DNA of 64,000 bases from an uncultured Candidatus Saccharibacteria bacterium. Its GTDB lineage: Bacteria; Patescibacteriota; Minisyncoccia; UBA6257; GWB1-50-10. Position numbers and translations under genes: made by a program. The stretch covers positions 7,056 to 71,055 of the forward strand of contig CAYHGT010000002.1 of NCBI GenBank assembly GCA_964356375.1, given 5' to 3'. Below the pieces are notes generated by a model. The model was not told the origin of the DNA. It ran no database searches and was given only the letters and a program-made list of their open reading frames with translations. Positions 1 to 8,524 of this stretch are shown in pieces. The first letter of the stretch is position 1. The number at the start of each line of letters is the position of its first letter.

Positions 1-42
1 GTTGAGGTCAACACGCGACCCCTTAAGAAAGAAGCGCTTCTT

Positions 43-468
43 ATGCCCGGCATCTTTTTCGACGATGAATTTAAGGATAGGGTCCTGCGTTACGTTCCCT
101 CCGTCGTCCCCCCTCTTACGGGGACAATCTACGGCGCAGATTTTGCGAAGGATATGACGCCTTCCGAGGCGTATGCCCGAACGGCGGAAAATATTTTTAC
201 GCCGAGAGAATTCATCGCGACACTTGCTTTTTGTATCGCGCATGATCGGCGTATGAAGAAAGAAGAAAAAAAGATTTTACGCACTGGTGGGGATAGTTCG
301 AATATATTTTGCGTCCGTTCCCGTGGTCGTCTGGTCTCGGTCTGGGTGGATATGAATCTGGTCATGGATCACTTCGAAGGAATCGGCGTGCATGGTTTTT
401 ACGACGTCAAATCCCCGCTTGAGGATGACGGAGAGGATAGATGGGATGACGTACGATTCTTCGTTTGA
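43..468 (+). CDS. hypothetical protein; frame is open to the window start, so possibly 5'-truncated
   Basis: 141-aa ORF with no stop in frame upstream of nt 43. No recognisable motif. Followed by an intrinsic terminator at 474-502. Confidence 0.4.
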   Translation: MPGIFFDDEFKDRVLRYVPSVVPPLTGTIYGADFAKDMTPSEAYARTAENIFTPREFIATLAFCIAHDRRMKKEEKKILRTGGDSSNIFCVRSRGRLVSVWVDMNLVMDHFEGIGVHGFYDVKSPLEDDGEDRWDDVRFFV

Positions 469-473
469 TTTTC

Positions 474-502
474 AAGCCCCTGCGTTTGCGGGGGCTTTTT
501 AA
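474..502 (+). terminator. rho-independent terminator
   Basis: Stem AGCCCC / GGGGCT with a 9-nt loop, followed by TTTTT. Confidence 0.7.
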
Positions 503-519
503 TTACATTTTTTAATACC

Positions 520-547
520 TTGCGTAAAGAAACGAATCTGGTATACT
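520..547 (+). promoter_or_regulatory. sigma70-like promoter for nusA
   Basis: -35 TTGCGT (520-525), 16-nt spacer, -10 TATACT (542-547). Lies about 55 nt upstream of the nusA ATG. Confidence 0.45.
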
Positions 548-605
548 ACTTTTGAAGTCGTAAGTCCCGCCTAGAGCGGGATTCAATTTTAAACAAAACC
601 CAAAA

Positions 606-1814
606 ATGAATATAAAAGAATTAGGTGCGGCAGTTCAGCAGATTGCAACCGAGAAAGGAATTTCTGCGGAGCGGGTTATTGGCGCAATTGAGGCAGCAAT
701 CGCGGCTGCGTACAAAAAAGAATATAGAAAAAGAGGTGAAGTGATTCGCGCAAAATTTGAACCTAAGACAGGCGGGTTGAAATTTTGGCAGGTGAAGACC
801 GTGGTGGACCCAGAGCAGGTTCGTATCGTGGAGGAAGTAGAAGAAACTGAGGCAGACGTGAAAGAATTTCGAAGCAGAGTGGAACGAAGAGAGATGCCCG
901 AAGTGGAAGAAGGCGAGGCGCTCCCGCGCTACAATGCGGACCGCCACATTTTTTTGGCAGACGCAAAAAAAATAAAGAAGGACGCTGAGCTTGATGAGGA
1001 GCTTGAATTTCCTTTGGAATCACATTCCGATTTTGGCAGAATCGCAGCACAGACCGCAAAGCAAGTGGTATTGCAGAATATTCGCGACGCGGAACGCGCA
1101 TCTGTGCAGGAAGAATTTGCAGGAAGACAGGGCGAAATCGTAAGCGGTATCGTCCAGCGTTTTGACCGCGGGAATGTATATGTGGACCTTGGCCGCGCAA
1201 TTGGTGTGATGTTTCATGGCGACGGACTCCCTGGTGAACATTATCGCGTGGGTGACAGAATGCGGTTTTATGTCGCATCGGTTCAGCAAGACGTTCGTCA
1301 TCCAGGTATAGTGCTTAGTCGCGCGCATCCAAAATTTGTATCAAAATTATTTGAACTTGAAGTTCCCGAAATCGCAGACGGCATAGTTCTGATAAAACAA
1401 ATTGCGCGCGAACCCGGAAGTCGCAGTAAGATTGCGGTTGCATCAAAAGAAGAGGGCGTTGACCCGGTTGGTTCTGCGGTTGGTCAGCGCGGAACGCGCG
1501 TTATGGCGGTTACAAACGAACTTGGCAACGAGAAGATAGATATTATTGAGTGGTCTGATGACCCAGCAAAATTTATCGGAAATGCAATTTCACCCGCGAA
1601 GGCAAAATTGGTTGAGATATCGGATCGTCACGAAGCGCGAGTGCTTGTTCCTGATGACCAACTTTCGCTCGCGATTGGCAGGGGCGGGCAGAATGTGCGC
1701 CTTGCAGCAAAGCTTACGGGTTGGAAGATAGACGTGCGCTCACAGGCAAATCCCGATGCGACGCAAGAGGGCGGTGTCGCGACGATTGAGCCGACAGAAG
1801 AAGAAATAAAATAA
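606..1814 (+). CDS. nusA: transcription termination/antitermination factor NusA
   Basis: N-terminal NusA domain (MNIKEL...ATEKGIS), an S1 domain and two KH domains (GxxG: AIGRGGQNVRLAAKLTGWKIDV). 402 aa, with an acidic insertion. Confidence 0.85.
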   Translation: MNIKELGAAVQQIATEKGISAERVIGAIEAAIAAAYKKEYRKRGEVIRAKFEPKTGGLKFWQVKTVVDPEQVRIVEEVEETEADVKEFRSRVERREMPEVEEGEALPRYNADRHIFLADAKKIKKDAELDEELEFPLESHSDFGRIAAQTAKQVVLQNIRDAERASVQEEFAGRQGEIVSGIVQRFDRGNVYVDLGRAIGVMFHGDGLPGEHYRVGDRMRFYVASVQQDVRHPGIVLSRAHPKFVSKLFELEVPEIADGIVLIKQIAREPGSRSKIAVASKEEGVDPVGSAVGQRGTRVMAVTNELGNEKIDIIEWSDDPAKFIGNAISPAKAKLVEISDRHEARVLVPDDQLSLAIGRGGQNVRLAAKLTGWKIDVRSQANPDATQEGGVATIEPTEEEIK

Positions 1815-2103
1815 AAAAGCAAAAAAATAATTTAAATCTATGAGTAAAGTATCGGTGATAGTAGCATCGATAACCGCGGTATTTATGGTGTTCGTGGTGC
1901 CTATCGCGCGGTAAGTCAAAAATTAAATTGGATGATACGCAAGCGAAAGCGTCTCTTGAGGATTCTAAGAAAGTTGTTGAGATTTGCACGAAATTTGCAC
2001 AGAATGGAATATTCAACATTTTCTCTGTTGTCTTCTTCAATACGCTCGCGTTCGTTTGGTGCTCGTTCTATGGAATGCGCATTAAAACAAATTAACGCTG
2101 AAA

Positions 2104-2137
2104 AATCCCCCAACGCGCGTTGGTGGATTTTTATTTA
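2104..2137 (+). terminator. terminator-like hairpin plus T-tract in the nusA-pilin spacer
   Basis: ATCCCCCAAC-GCGC-GTTGGTGGAT stem with one mismatch, followed by TTTTTATTT. Confidence 0.4.
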
Positions 2138-2198
2138 GATATTCTATTCTATGAGGTGTATAATAAATAAAAGTAATTAGACACGAAGTTTCGGATAC

Positions 2199-3512
2199 AT
2201 GAAAAAGATTTCTAAATACAACTCATTCTCATCTGCCTTTATGGTTCGACAGTTCGATAAACTCACCACAAGCAAAGCTCAGGGTAAAACCCTAGAGAAG
2301 GGTTTTACCCTCGTAGAGCTCCTTATCGTCATAGGCATCCTCGCCATCCTCTCTGTGGCTGTCGTAGTAGTCCTAAACCCTGCAGAGCTCATCAAACAAT
2401 CAAGAGATTCAAGTAGAATGTCTGACTTTGCAGCCATCTCTACCGCAATGAGCCTCTATACCATAGATCAACCAGGAGGCTTCACAGGTTCTTCAAGCAT
2501 AGTATATGTCTCTATCCCTGATACCTCAAACACATGTGCGAATCTAGGTCTCCCTACCCTCCCCACAGGATACTCCTATGCATGCTCCTCTACCTCCACA
2601 TACAGGAAGGTAGATGGCACAGGCTGGATGCCTCTCTCCCTAAGTAGTATGGCAACAGGAGCTCCCTTCTCTGTCCTCCCCATTGACCCCGTAAATACCA
2701 CCTCATCAGGCAACTACTATACATATACCCCGAGTGGTCAGAAATATGAGGTTGCTACCCCTTTTGAATCAGCAAAATACAAGCTAGGAGGCTCTGCAGA
2801 CCGTGCATCCAAGGATGGAGGCATCTATACAGGTCTCTATGAATCAGGCTCCTCCCTCACGCTTGCCCCCATTGATTATGGAGACCCATCTCTAGTGGGA
2901 TATTGGACATTCAATGAAGGAACGGGAACCAAGGTCTATGATTACTCGGGCCACAACGCGAGTGGGACGTGGGCGGGAACATTAGGGAGCCAGTGGGTTG
3001 GGGGAAGAGTCGGCGCCTATGCAGGGAGTTTCAATGGGACGGATAACCATGTGAATGTTTCTAGTACCAATGCTTTGAAAATTTTAAACCCAATTTCAAT
3101 GACTGCGTGGATAAACCCAACTACAACATCCTCTTTGATGTCGGTTTTGACAAAAGGACAAGACGGGACTGCATATGATTATGGTTTACTAATCAAAATT
3201 ACTAGTGGTGTTATTACATTCAGAAACAGCACCGCCGATGTTTATTCAACATCCACCGTTACAACTGGAGTATGGCAATTCGTTGGTCTTTCGTGTGCTG
3301 ATAACATATCGTGTAAGGTATATATTAACAATAATTTTTCAAGCACCATAACCCTAACCTATGGCGGGGCGATTCAAAGCAACTGGTCGTTAGATATAGG
3401 TAATGCGATGGGAACTTCCGTATTCATGAACGGTTCTATCGACGACGTTCGCATCTACAACCGCGCCCTTTCTGCCTCCGAAATCCTCGCACTCTACAAC
3501 GCCACGAAGTAA
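2199..3512 (+). CDS. type IV pilin-like protein (prepilin class III signal) with a C-terminal LamG/concanavalin A-like lectin domain
   Basis: Prepilin peptidase site G|FTLVELLIVIGILAIL with Glu at +5. The C-terminus has the LamG hallmark GSIDDVRIYNRALSASEI. A Ser/Thr-rich middle region links them. Leader from Met1 is 34 aa; the alternative start at Met15 gives 20 aa. Confidence 0.7.
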   Translation: MKKISKYNSFSSAFMVRQFDKLTTSKAQGKTLEKGFTLVELLIVIGILAILSVAVVVVLNPAELIKQSRDSSRMSDFAAISTAMSLYTIDQPGGFTGSSSIVYVSIPDTSNTCANLGLPTLPTGYSYACSSTSTYRKVDGTGWMPLSLSSMATGAPFSVLPIDPVNTTSSGNYYTYTPSGQKYEVATPFESAKYKLGGSADRASKDGGIYTGLYESGSSLTLAPIDYGDPSLVGYWTFNEGTGTKVYDYSGHNASGTWAGTLGSQWVGGRVGAYAGSFNGTDNHVNVSSTNALKILNPISMTAWINPTTTSSLMSVLTKGQDGTAYDYGLLIKITSGVITFRNSTADVYSTSTVTTGVWQFVGLSCADNISCKVYINNNFSSTITLTYGGAIQSNWSLDIGNAMGTSVFMNGSIDDVRIYNRALSASEILALYNATK

Positions 3513-3562
3513 ATAGGCGAGATTTTGATACTCGTATTTTTCTATGGTATTATCCATTTGTT

Positions 3563-5056
3563 ATGCGAATACTTACACGAGATATTGGAGAGCATGTAGG
3601 TGAGGGAATAGTCCTCATGGGTTCAGTGGACATTCGTCGTGACCACGGCAAACTTATTTTTATAGACTTTCGTGATTGGACGGGCTTGGCACAGGTGGTT
3701 TTTTTGCCGAACAACGCAGAGCTTCACGAAAAGGCGAGCGCATTGCGTTCCGAGTGGGTGATTAAACTTACGGGTACCATTCAGAAACGCCCCGAGGGAT
3801 TAATAAATAAAAATCTTGCATCGGGCGCATTTGAAATCGTTGCGACGGATTTGGAAGTTTTGTCCGAAGCAAAAACACCGCCTATTGAAGTGCAGGGTGA
3901 CGGACTTGAGATTGGTGAGGAGAGCCGAATGAAATATCGCTATGTAGATTTGCGTCGCGCAAGGATGCAGAAGAATTTGAGAATGCGCGCAAAAGTATTT
4001 CAACTGGTTCGCAATTTTTTGAGCGCAAATAATTTTGTGGAAGTTGAGACCCCAATACTTTCCAAATCAACGCCCGAGGGTGCGCGTGATTATCTTGTGC
4101 CATCTCGTATTCAGGAGGGTAAGTTTTATGCGCTTCCACAATCACCACAGCAATACAAGCAGTTGCTGATGGTTTCCGGAATAGATAGGTATTTCCAGCT
4201 TGCGCGTTGTTTTAGGGATGAGGATACGCGCGGAGACCGCCAGCCCGAGTTTACACAGTTAGACCTTGAGATGAGCTTTGTGGAACGCGAGGACGTAATA
4301 GCAATAAACGAGGAGCTTTTGATTAAACTTGTAAAAGAGCTTTATCCAGAGAAGAAGATTCAGGAGATTCCGTTCCCGCGCATTACCTATAAGAATGCAA
4401 TGGAAAAGCATGGAAACGATAGGCCTGACTTGCGCGAAGATAAAAATGACAAAAATCTTCTCGCATTCTGCTGGATAATTGATTTTCCATTTTTTGAGCG
4501 AGTTGCCAAAGGCAATGAAGCTCACCCTGAGCTCGCTCGCGATGAGCTTGTCGAATCTGTAGAAGGGGTGAAAAGTGGTTCGACAGGCTCACCACAAACT
4601 TCTAGCGAAGTTTGGACATTCACACACAATCCTTTTTCCGCGCCGAAACCCGAATTTATGGAGGACTTACTTGCAAATAAAAACATCGGAGAGATTCTTA
4701 CCACGCAGTATGATATCGCACTGAATGGATGGGAGATTGGCGGAGGAAGTATTCGCAATCATCGTTCGGATGCATTGCGCGAGGTATTCCACATAATGGG
4801 ATTCAATAATGACCGAATTGAAAAGAATTTCGGACATATGTTGGAAGCATTTGATTTCGGCGCGCCACCGCACGGAGGCATCGCGTGGGGTATGGATCGC
4901 TTGATGATGATTTTGGAAAATGAGGCGAACATCCGTGAGGTCATCGCATTCCCGAAGACGGGTGATGGGAGGGACTTGATGATGGACGCGCCAAGTGATG
5001 TTTCCGAAGAACAGTTGCGAGAACTACACATAACAATAAAAGAAAAGAAAAAATAG
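3563..5056 (+). CDS. aspS: aspartyl-tRNA synthetase (compact, likely non-discriminating)
   Basis: Class II motif 2 FRDEDTRGDRQPEFTQLDLEMSF and motif 3 GAPPHGGIAWGMDRLMMIL. N-terminal OB fold. 497 aa, so the GAD insertion domain is reduced. Confidence 0.85.
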   Translation: MRILTRDIGEHVGEGIVLMGSVDIRRDHGKLIFIDFRDWTGLAQVVFLPNNAELHEKASALRSEWVIKLTGTIQKRPEGLINKNLASGAFEIVATDLEVLSEAKTPPIEVQGDGLEIGEESRMKYRYVDLRRARMQKNLRMRAKVFQLVRNFLSANNFVEVETPILSKSTPEGARDYLVPSRIQEGKFYALPQSPQQYKQLLMVSGIDRYFQLARCFRDEDTRGDRQPEFTQLDLEMSFVEREDVIAINEELLIKLVKELYPEKKIQEIPFPRITYKNAMEKHGNDRPDLREDKNDKNLLAFCWIIDFPFFERVAKGNEAHPELARDELVESVEGVKSGSTGSPQTSSEVWTFTHNPFSAPKPEFMEDLLANKNIGEILTTQYDIALNGWEIGGGSIRNHRSDALREVFHIMGFNNDRIEKNFGHMLEAFDFGAPPHGGIAWGMDRLMMILENEANIREVIAFPKTGDGRDLMMDAPSDVSEEQLRELHITIKEKKK

Positions 5057-5057
5057 T

Positions 5058-5666
5058 ATGGCACACCAAAAAGAAGAAAGAACATTTGTACTCATAAAGC
5101 CTGATGGCGTTCAGCGCAGTTTGATAGGTGAGATAGTACATCGCTTGGAGCGAACCGGTCTAAAGTTTGTCGCATTCAAATTTTTGGTACCGACTCGGGA
5201 ACAATCCATCGCACATTACGGCAAGGACGATGTGTGGTGTGAGAAAGTTGGTGAGCGTACGATAAATGAAAGAAAAGAGAAAGGGTTGCCGATAGAAAAA
5301 TCCGCGGTTGAATACGGCAGAATTGTTTCTGATAGACTTATAACATTTTTAACATCAGGCCCCGTGCTCGCAATGTCTTTGGAGGGTAACCAGGCAGTTG
5401 GAATCGTCAAAAAACTTGTGGGAGGCACGGAACCGCTCACGTCAGATGTGGGAACGATTCGGAGTGATCTTACCATTGATTCGTATGCGATATCTAACGT
5501 GGATGGACGATGTGTACGCAACCTTATACATTGTTCGGATGCGACAGAGGAGGCGGAAAGAGAAATGAGGGTGTGGTTTAAGGAAGAAGAATTAATAAAA
5601 TATCACCACATTAACGAGATAACTCTCTATGATGTGGACCTCGGCCATATACTCGGAAATAGCTAG
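5058..5666 (+). CDS. ndk: nucleoside diphosphate kinase with insertions
   Basis: ERTFVLIKPDGVQRSLIGEI N-terminus and the active-site His in NLIHCSD. 202 aa against a usual ~140. Confidence 0.7.
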   Translation: MAHQKEERTFVLIKPDGVQRSLIGEIVHRLERTGLKFVAFKFLVPTREQSIAHYGKDDVWCEKVGERTINERKEKGLPIEKSAVEYGRIVSDRLITFLTSGPVLAMSLEGNQAVGIVKKLVGGTEPLTSDVGTIRSDLTIDSYAISNVDGRCVRNLIHCSDATEEAEREMRVWFKEEELIKYHHINEITLYDVDLGHILGNS

Positions 5667-5686
5667 GTTTTATCGGCGTTAATTAC

Positions 5687-5732
5687 CTGTACCGAGCAAC
5701 GTCGAGGTGCCTGTACCGAGCAACGTCGAGGT
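5687..5732. repeat. tandem direct repeat, two copies of a 23-24-bp unit
   Basis: CCTGTACCGAGCAACGTCGAGGT occurs twice head to tail in the non-coding region between ndk and tRNA-Pro. Confidence 0.8.
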
Positions 5733-5960
5733 ATCCCCAAGCGAGGGCAAAAAGTGATAAAAATAATGCTATACTATAAGTAGATCCTGTTTAATAGAAT
5801 TCGGCTCAAAATTATACAAAGGGATTCCACAATTGTGTTATATCGCTGGTTCGTCCTGGATACTATGCAGAGGAAACCCACTTGACTTCTAGCCGGAATT
5901 CTAAAAAGCTGGATCGCAGTTGGTAAAACAACTGGAAAGGGCGCCTGCAAAGGCGTTCTT

Positions 5961-5988
5961 TTCATATTTATTTCACAAGCATAAAAAT
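5961..5988 (+). promoter_or_regulatory. sigma70-like promoter upstream of tRNA-Pro
   Basis: -35 TTCACA, 16-nt spacer, -10 TATACT. Lies about 25 nt upstream of the tRNA 5' end. Confidence 0.45.
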
Positions 5989-6013
5989 CTGTGTATACTA
6001 AACGCTGTGAGTT

Positions 6014-6084
6014 CGGGGTGTCGTATAATGGTAGTATGCAAGGCTGGGGGTCTTGTAGTCTGGGTTCGATTCCCAGCATCCCGA
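6014..6084 (+). tRNA. tRNA-Pro (anticodon GGG)
   Basis: Manual cloverleaf. Acceptor CGGGGTG/CATCCCG, D-loop AATGGTA with G18G19, anticodon stem CAAGG/TCTTG, loop CTGGGGG (U33, GGG, G37), T-arm CTGGG-TTCGATT-CCCAG, discriminator A. CCA is not encoded. Confidence 0.7.
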
Positions 6085-6132
6085 CAAATGACAAGCCATT
6101 ATGAAAGGTCGTTCTAACAAAACAAATAGAGT

Positions 6133-6363
6133 ATGGATGATAATAAAAAACAGAATTTTTTCTCTTCGCCAAAAAAGCCAACAACAAAAATTAATTTTGG
6201 TTTAGTTTTGGTGCTTTGGCAACTAATTAGCGAAAATTACGGATTTGTGTTGGGGTCTGGGGCCCAGGTTGTCGGTGCTAATTTGGTCCCTATTTTAATA
6301 TACGGCACTGGCATTTGGCTTTTGTATTCTGGAATCAAAAATTATAAAAGGGAAAACAAATAA
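6133..6363 (+). CDS. small hypothetical membrane protein
   Basis: 76-aa ORF with two predicted TM segments (FGLVLVLWQLI, LVPILIYGTGIWLLY). Sits between the tRNA and a bidirectional terminator. Confidence 0.35.
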   Translation: MDDNKKQNFFSSPKKPTTKINFGLVLVLWQLISENYGFVLGSGAQVVGANLVPILIYGTGIWLLYSGIKNYKRENK

Positions 6364-6393
6364 GTCACAGAAATACGTGGTTGTGAAACAAAA

Positions 6394-6426
6394 AACCGCC
6401 CTGAGCTTGTCGATGGGCGGTTTTAA
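6394..6426. terminator. bidirectional intrinsic terminator
   Basis: CCGCCC...GGGCGG stem flanked by AAAAAA on one side and TTTT on the other. Lies between convergent genes. Confidence 0.65.
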
Positions 6427-6427
6427 G

Positions 6428-6616
6428 TTACTTTGTTTTGCTGAGTGTTCGGAGGCACTGTGTACAGACATAAGAGCGTTTGCCCTTAATTAAAAGACCT
6501 GTCCATTGGAGATTGGCTTTCTTTTTGCTATAGGTGGTCGGATTATAATGACCGCGAAGAAGTTTTCGGGTACTACCGCCCTTTGATGATTTTTTACACT
6601 TTTCGCATGCGCGCAT
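6428..6616 (-). CDS. rpmB: 50S ribosomal protein L28 (bL28), zinc-ribbon type
   Basis: 62 aa. N-terminal MRACEKC plus VCTQCLRT give a CxxC...CxxC pattern, and ANLQ matches the conserved RRFxPNLQ region. Confidence 0.65.
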   Translation of the reverse strand: MRACEKCKKSSKGGSTRKLLRGHYNPTTYSKKKANLQWTGLLIKGKRSYVCTQCLRTLSKTK

Positions 6617-6655
6617 AGTTTTGGTATTCTAACCTCTGAATCAAAACGAGTCAAC

Positions 6656-6675
6656 CCTGCCTGCCGGCAGGCAGG
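6656..6675. repeat. perfect 20-bp palindrome
   Basis: CCTGCCTGCCGGCAGGCAGG equals its own reverse complement. Sits in the 85-nt spacer upstream of rpmB, with no T-tract. Confidence 0.9.
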
Positions 6676-6701
6676 TCCGACGCTACGGTTGGGGCTAGCT
6701 C

Positions 6702-7355
6702 CTAACCAATAATTGTCTCTTTATAGCTCTTCTTTGCGAAATCAAACTCGTAGAATTTTGTATCATCGCCTGTGCCTACTTGGAAGATATATGAGTTACG
6801 GTCGGATGTGGGCTTGAAGATAACCTGGACAGATACCGAGCTCTTGGGGGGCATAGAACTAAACTGTCCTTTTGCATCAGTTGCTAACTCATCGGAGCCA
6901 TCCACATTGATAATCCAAAATAACGACTTAGGGTCTATCGCGGTATAGGATGAGGCATTGCTTGTGAATGCTTTGATGTCCGCTGTAAGCGTGCCATCTT
7001 TCAATTTACTCACATTTTCTATTGTAATTGTTGTGCTTGCCTGTGGAAGAAGTGTGGAGCTTGAATTTACATCAAAAATAATCGCGGTTGAAATTTTTGC
7101 AATCACATCTGTCGCACTCGCTACCAGCTGACTTGTTTGTGTTGATTGGTCCGTGGTCGCGGGTGCGGTGGATGGCGCGGGCGTATTGGTCGTGGTGTCG
7201 CTCAACTTATTTTTAATCTGGTTAACCAATTCTAAGTTGCTTACCGTGGTTCCAAGTGTTGCAATCTTATCAAACGCGACATAAAAACTGACGATTGAGA
7301 TGAGCACGAAAATGACGAGAATCGTGAGAAGTGTTTTGTTATTATCCATATACAT
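6702..7355 (-). CDS. membrane-anchored hypothetical protein with a Ser/Thr-rich linker
   Basis: N-terminal TM (LLTILVIFVLISIVSFYV), a low-complexity T/S/P linker, and a C-terminal globular region with no recognisable motif. Confidence 0.5.
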   Translation of the reverse strand: MYMDNNKTLLTILVIFVLISIVSFYVAFDKIATLGTTVSNLELVNQIKNKLSDTTTNTPAPSTAPATTDQSTQTSQLVASATDVIAKISTAIIFDVNSSSTLLPQASTTITIENVSKLKDGTLTADIKAFTSNASSYTAIDPKSLFWIINVDGSDELATDAKGQFSSMPPKSSVSVQVIFKPTSDRNSYIFQVGTGDDTKFYEFDFAKKSYKETIIG

Positions 7356-7397
7356 TCATTATACCAATTCGCTTATTGTGATATAGTAAAAACACGC

Positions 7398-8024
7398 ATG
7401 GAAGCAATACTATTTATTTTTAAAATCATTGTGCTCGTATTTTCCGTTGTGGTACACGAAATCTCGCACGGATTTGTGGCAGAACGATTTGGAGATGATA
7501 CGGCTCGTCGAGCGGGACGCTTAACCCTAAACCCCATTCGCCACATTGATTTATTCGGTTCTATAATTTTTCCACTTCTTATGGCACTAATCCCAGGCGG
7601 GGTAGTATTCGGGTGGGCAAAACCCGTACCCATCAATCCACGCAATTTTAGAAACCCTGATCGCGATACGGCATATGTTTCAGCCGCGGGGCCCTTGAGT
7701 AATATCACACTCGCATTTATTTTCGGAATGCTTATTCGCGCGCTCGCGCTTGTGCCACCAACCAATTGGTCTACCGCGCTCATCGGGCTTTTCAGCATCA
7801 TCGTAATTACGAACGTGGCACTCGCAATATTCAATCTTGTGCCGATTCCACCACTTGATGGTTCGGGTGTGCTCTTCGCATTTCTGCCAAGGTCAATGTA
7901 TTCGGTGCGTGTGTTCTTGGAACGCTACGGACTTTTCATTTTTCTCGCATTCGTGTTTTTCGGCGTTGAGCTTATCGTTCCCGCGATTCTCTGGGTATTC
8001 CGATTATTTTCAGGAATTGCTTAG
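7398..8024 (+). CDS. peptidase M50 / site-2 protease family zinc metalloprotease (membrane)
   Basis: HEISH zinc-binding motif in the first TM region, multiple TM helices and a distal LDG motif, consistent with the S2P/SpoIVFB family. Confidence 0.7.
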   Translation: MEAILFIFKIIVLVFSVVVHEISHGFVAERFGDDTARRAGRLTLNPIRHIDLFGSIIFPLLMALIPGGVVFGWAKPVPINPRNFRNPDRDTAYVSAAGPLSNITLAFIFGMLIRALALVPPTNWSTALIGLFSIIVITNVALAIFNLVPIPPLDGSGVLFAFLPRSMYSVRVFLERYGLFIFLAFVFFGVELIVPAILWVFRLFSGIA

Positions 8025-8039
8025 TAGAAAAGAGCTATT

Positions 8040-8075
8040 AACTCCGACCTCGTCGTCGGAGTTGACGTTTTTTCG
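8040..8075 (+). terminator. rho-independent terminator
   Basis: CTCCGAC-ctcgtc-GTCGGAG stem, followed by TTGACGTTTTTT. Confidence 0.65.
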
Positions 8076-8103
8076 GACACCATTTATACTGAGGGCTGTT
8101 TTT

Positions 8104-8517
8104 ATGCCAACTATTAGACAACTTATTAAGAGCGGAAGGACGAGCAAAAAGGCAAAGGATAAGACCCCAGGTCTTAGTTTTTATTTTAACTACATTCAAA
8201 ATCGTCCAGTAGTTTCCGCATCACCGTTTAAGCGCGGCGTGTGTCTTAAGGTGTTCACCACAACTCCGAAGAAGCCGAACTCGGCGCTTCGTAAGGTTGC
8301 GCGCGTGCGTCTCACAAATGGCTCTGAAGTTACGGCATACATTCCTGGTGAGGGACACAACCTTCAGGAACACTCTGTGGTGCTCTTGCGTGGCGGTCGT
8401 GTAAAAGACCTTCCGGGTGTGCGTTATCACATTGTTCGCGGTGTTCTTGATACATCGGGCGTGGACCGCACCGCACAGAGGTCAAAGTATGGAGCAAAGA
8501 AGAAAAAGGCAAAATAA
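8104..8517 (+). CDS. rpsL: 30S ribosomal protein S12
   Basis: MPTIRQLIK start and the conserved [13 protein letters not shown] and [18 protein letters not shown]. The tracked ORF begins at 7837, but S12 starts at the in-frame ATG at 8104. Confidence 0.9.
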   Translation: MPTIRQLIKSGRTSKKAKDKTPGLSFYFNYIQNRPVVSASPFKRGVCLKVFTTTPKKPNSALRKVARVRLTNGSEVTAYIPGEGHNLQEHSVVLLRGGRVKDLPGVRYHIVRGVLDTSGVDRTAQRSKYGAKKKKAK

Positions 8518-8524
8518 TTAATTT

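Noticed and set aside
1932-2138. A 68-aa Arg-rich ORF (MIRKRKRLLRILRKLLRFARNL...) in the nusA-pilin spacer.
   Set aside because: It has extreme composition and no RBS, and it overlaps antisense ORFs. It ends inside the terminator-like hairpin. More likely non-coding.
5687-5732. CRISPR array check on the only tandem direct repeat in the window.
   Set aside because: There are only two copies, arranged head to tail with no spacer, and no cas genes anywhere in the window. No CRISPR array is present.
5774-6187. A 137-aa minus-strand ORF spanning the tRNA-Pro locus.
   Set aside because: It overlaps the tRNA and its promoter. There is no coding evidence.
7837-8103. Long N-terminal extension of the rpsL ORF, which is tracked from 7837 and overlaps the end of the M50 protease gene.
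   Set aside because: The S12 homology begins exactly at the in-frame ATG at 8104 (MPTIRQL). The upstream part is Cys/Phe-rich junk that overlaps the terminator hairpin at 8040-8075.
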